From Halalkalibacterium halodurans (GTDB lineage: Bacteria; Bacillota; Bacilli; Bacillales; Bacillaceae_D): 14,605 bases of DNA. Every line of letters starts with the position of its first letter. Position 1 is the first letter of the stretch. A model generated the notes under the pieces. The model was not told where the DNA came from, ran no database searches, and saw only the letters and a list, made by a program, of their open reading frames with translations. A program made the translations under genes and the position numbers. Of this stretch, positions 14,539 through 14,605 are shown one piece after another. The stretch lies in NCBI RefSeq assembly GCF_004376175.1, contig NZ_SNUY01000062.1, forward strand, positions 1,645 through 16,249, given 5' to 3'.

Positions 14539-14605
14539 TAAGAGTTTGAATCCGCTTTCAAATTTAAGGTGTTAAAAAAACTGCCTATAAATACTTGACT
14601 CAAAC

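Noticed and set aside
14541-14565. tRNA T-arm-like string GAGTTTGAATCC
   Set aside because: No acceptor stem, anticodon arm or CCA-compatible 3' end can be drawn around it. It is better explained as the cre-like palindrome.
1-14605. CRISPR arrays, tRNA or rRNA genes, defence or toxin-antitoxin modules, prophage genes
   Set aside because: I saw no regularly spaced direct repeats, no rRNA or tRNA signatures, and no ORFs with nuclease, ATPase, methylase or toxin hallmarks. Apart from the IS, every sizeable ORF has a housekeeping or sporulation-type assignment or is a membrane protein.

Overview
This window looks like a chromosomal segment of an endospore-forming Bacillaceae genome, roughly 40-45% GC by eye. 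It is mostly core housekeeping genes, with one insertion sequence at the right edge.

Gene order, left to right:
- A membrane-anchored protein of unknown function on the minus strand.
- Divergent from it, an orphan GerA-family (SpoVAF-like) germination A-subunit gene, followed by a small polytopic membrane protein.
- yqgQ-glcK-aspA, with start/stop overlap between glcK and aspA.
- A terminator, then an unusual GC-rich multi-hairpin element, then a second terminator.
- A thioredoxin-reductase-like ferredoxin-NADP+ reductase (ycgT-like) whose sigma-A promoter is overlapped by a near-perfect Fur box.
- An acidic lipoprotein.
- A TPP riboswitch controlling thiE-thiS-thiG-thiO-thiD.
- An ISLre2-family IS element.

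I found no CRISPR array, tRNA, rRNA or recognisable defence or toxin system. The items most worth follow-up are:
- the GC-rich structured element at about 6201..6354;
- the orphan gerAA-like gene with its two uncharacterised membrane-protein neighbours;
- the palindrome and IS junction after the thi operon.

All calls come from reading the sequence and from remembered family motifs. No searches were run.
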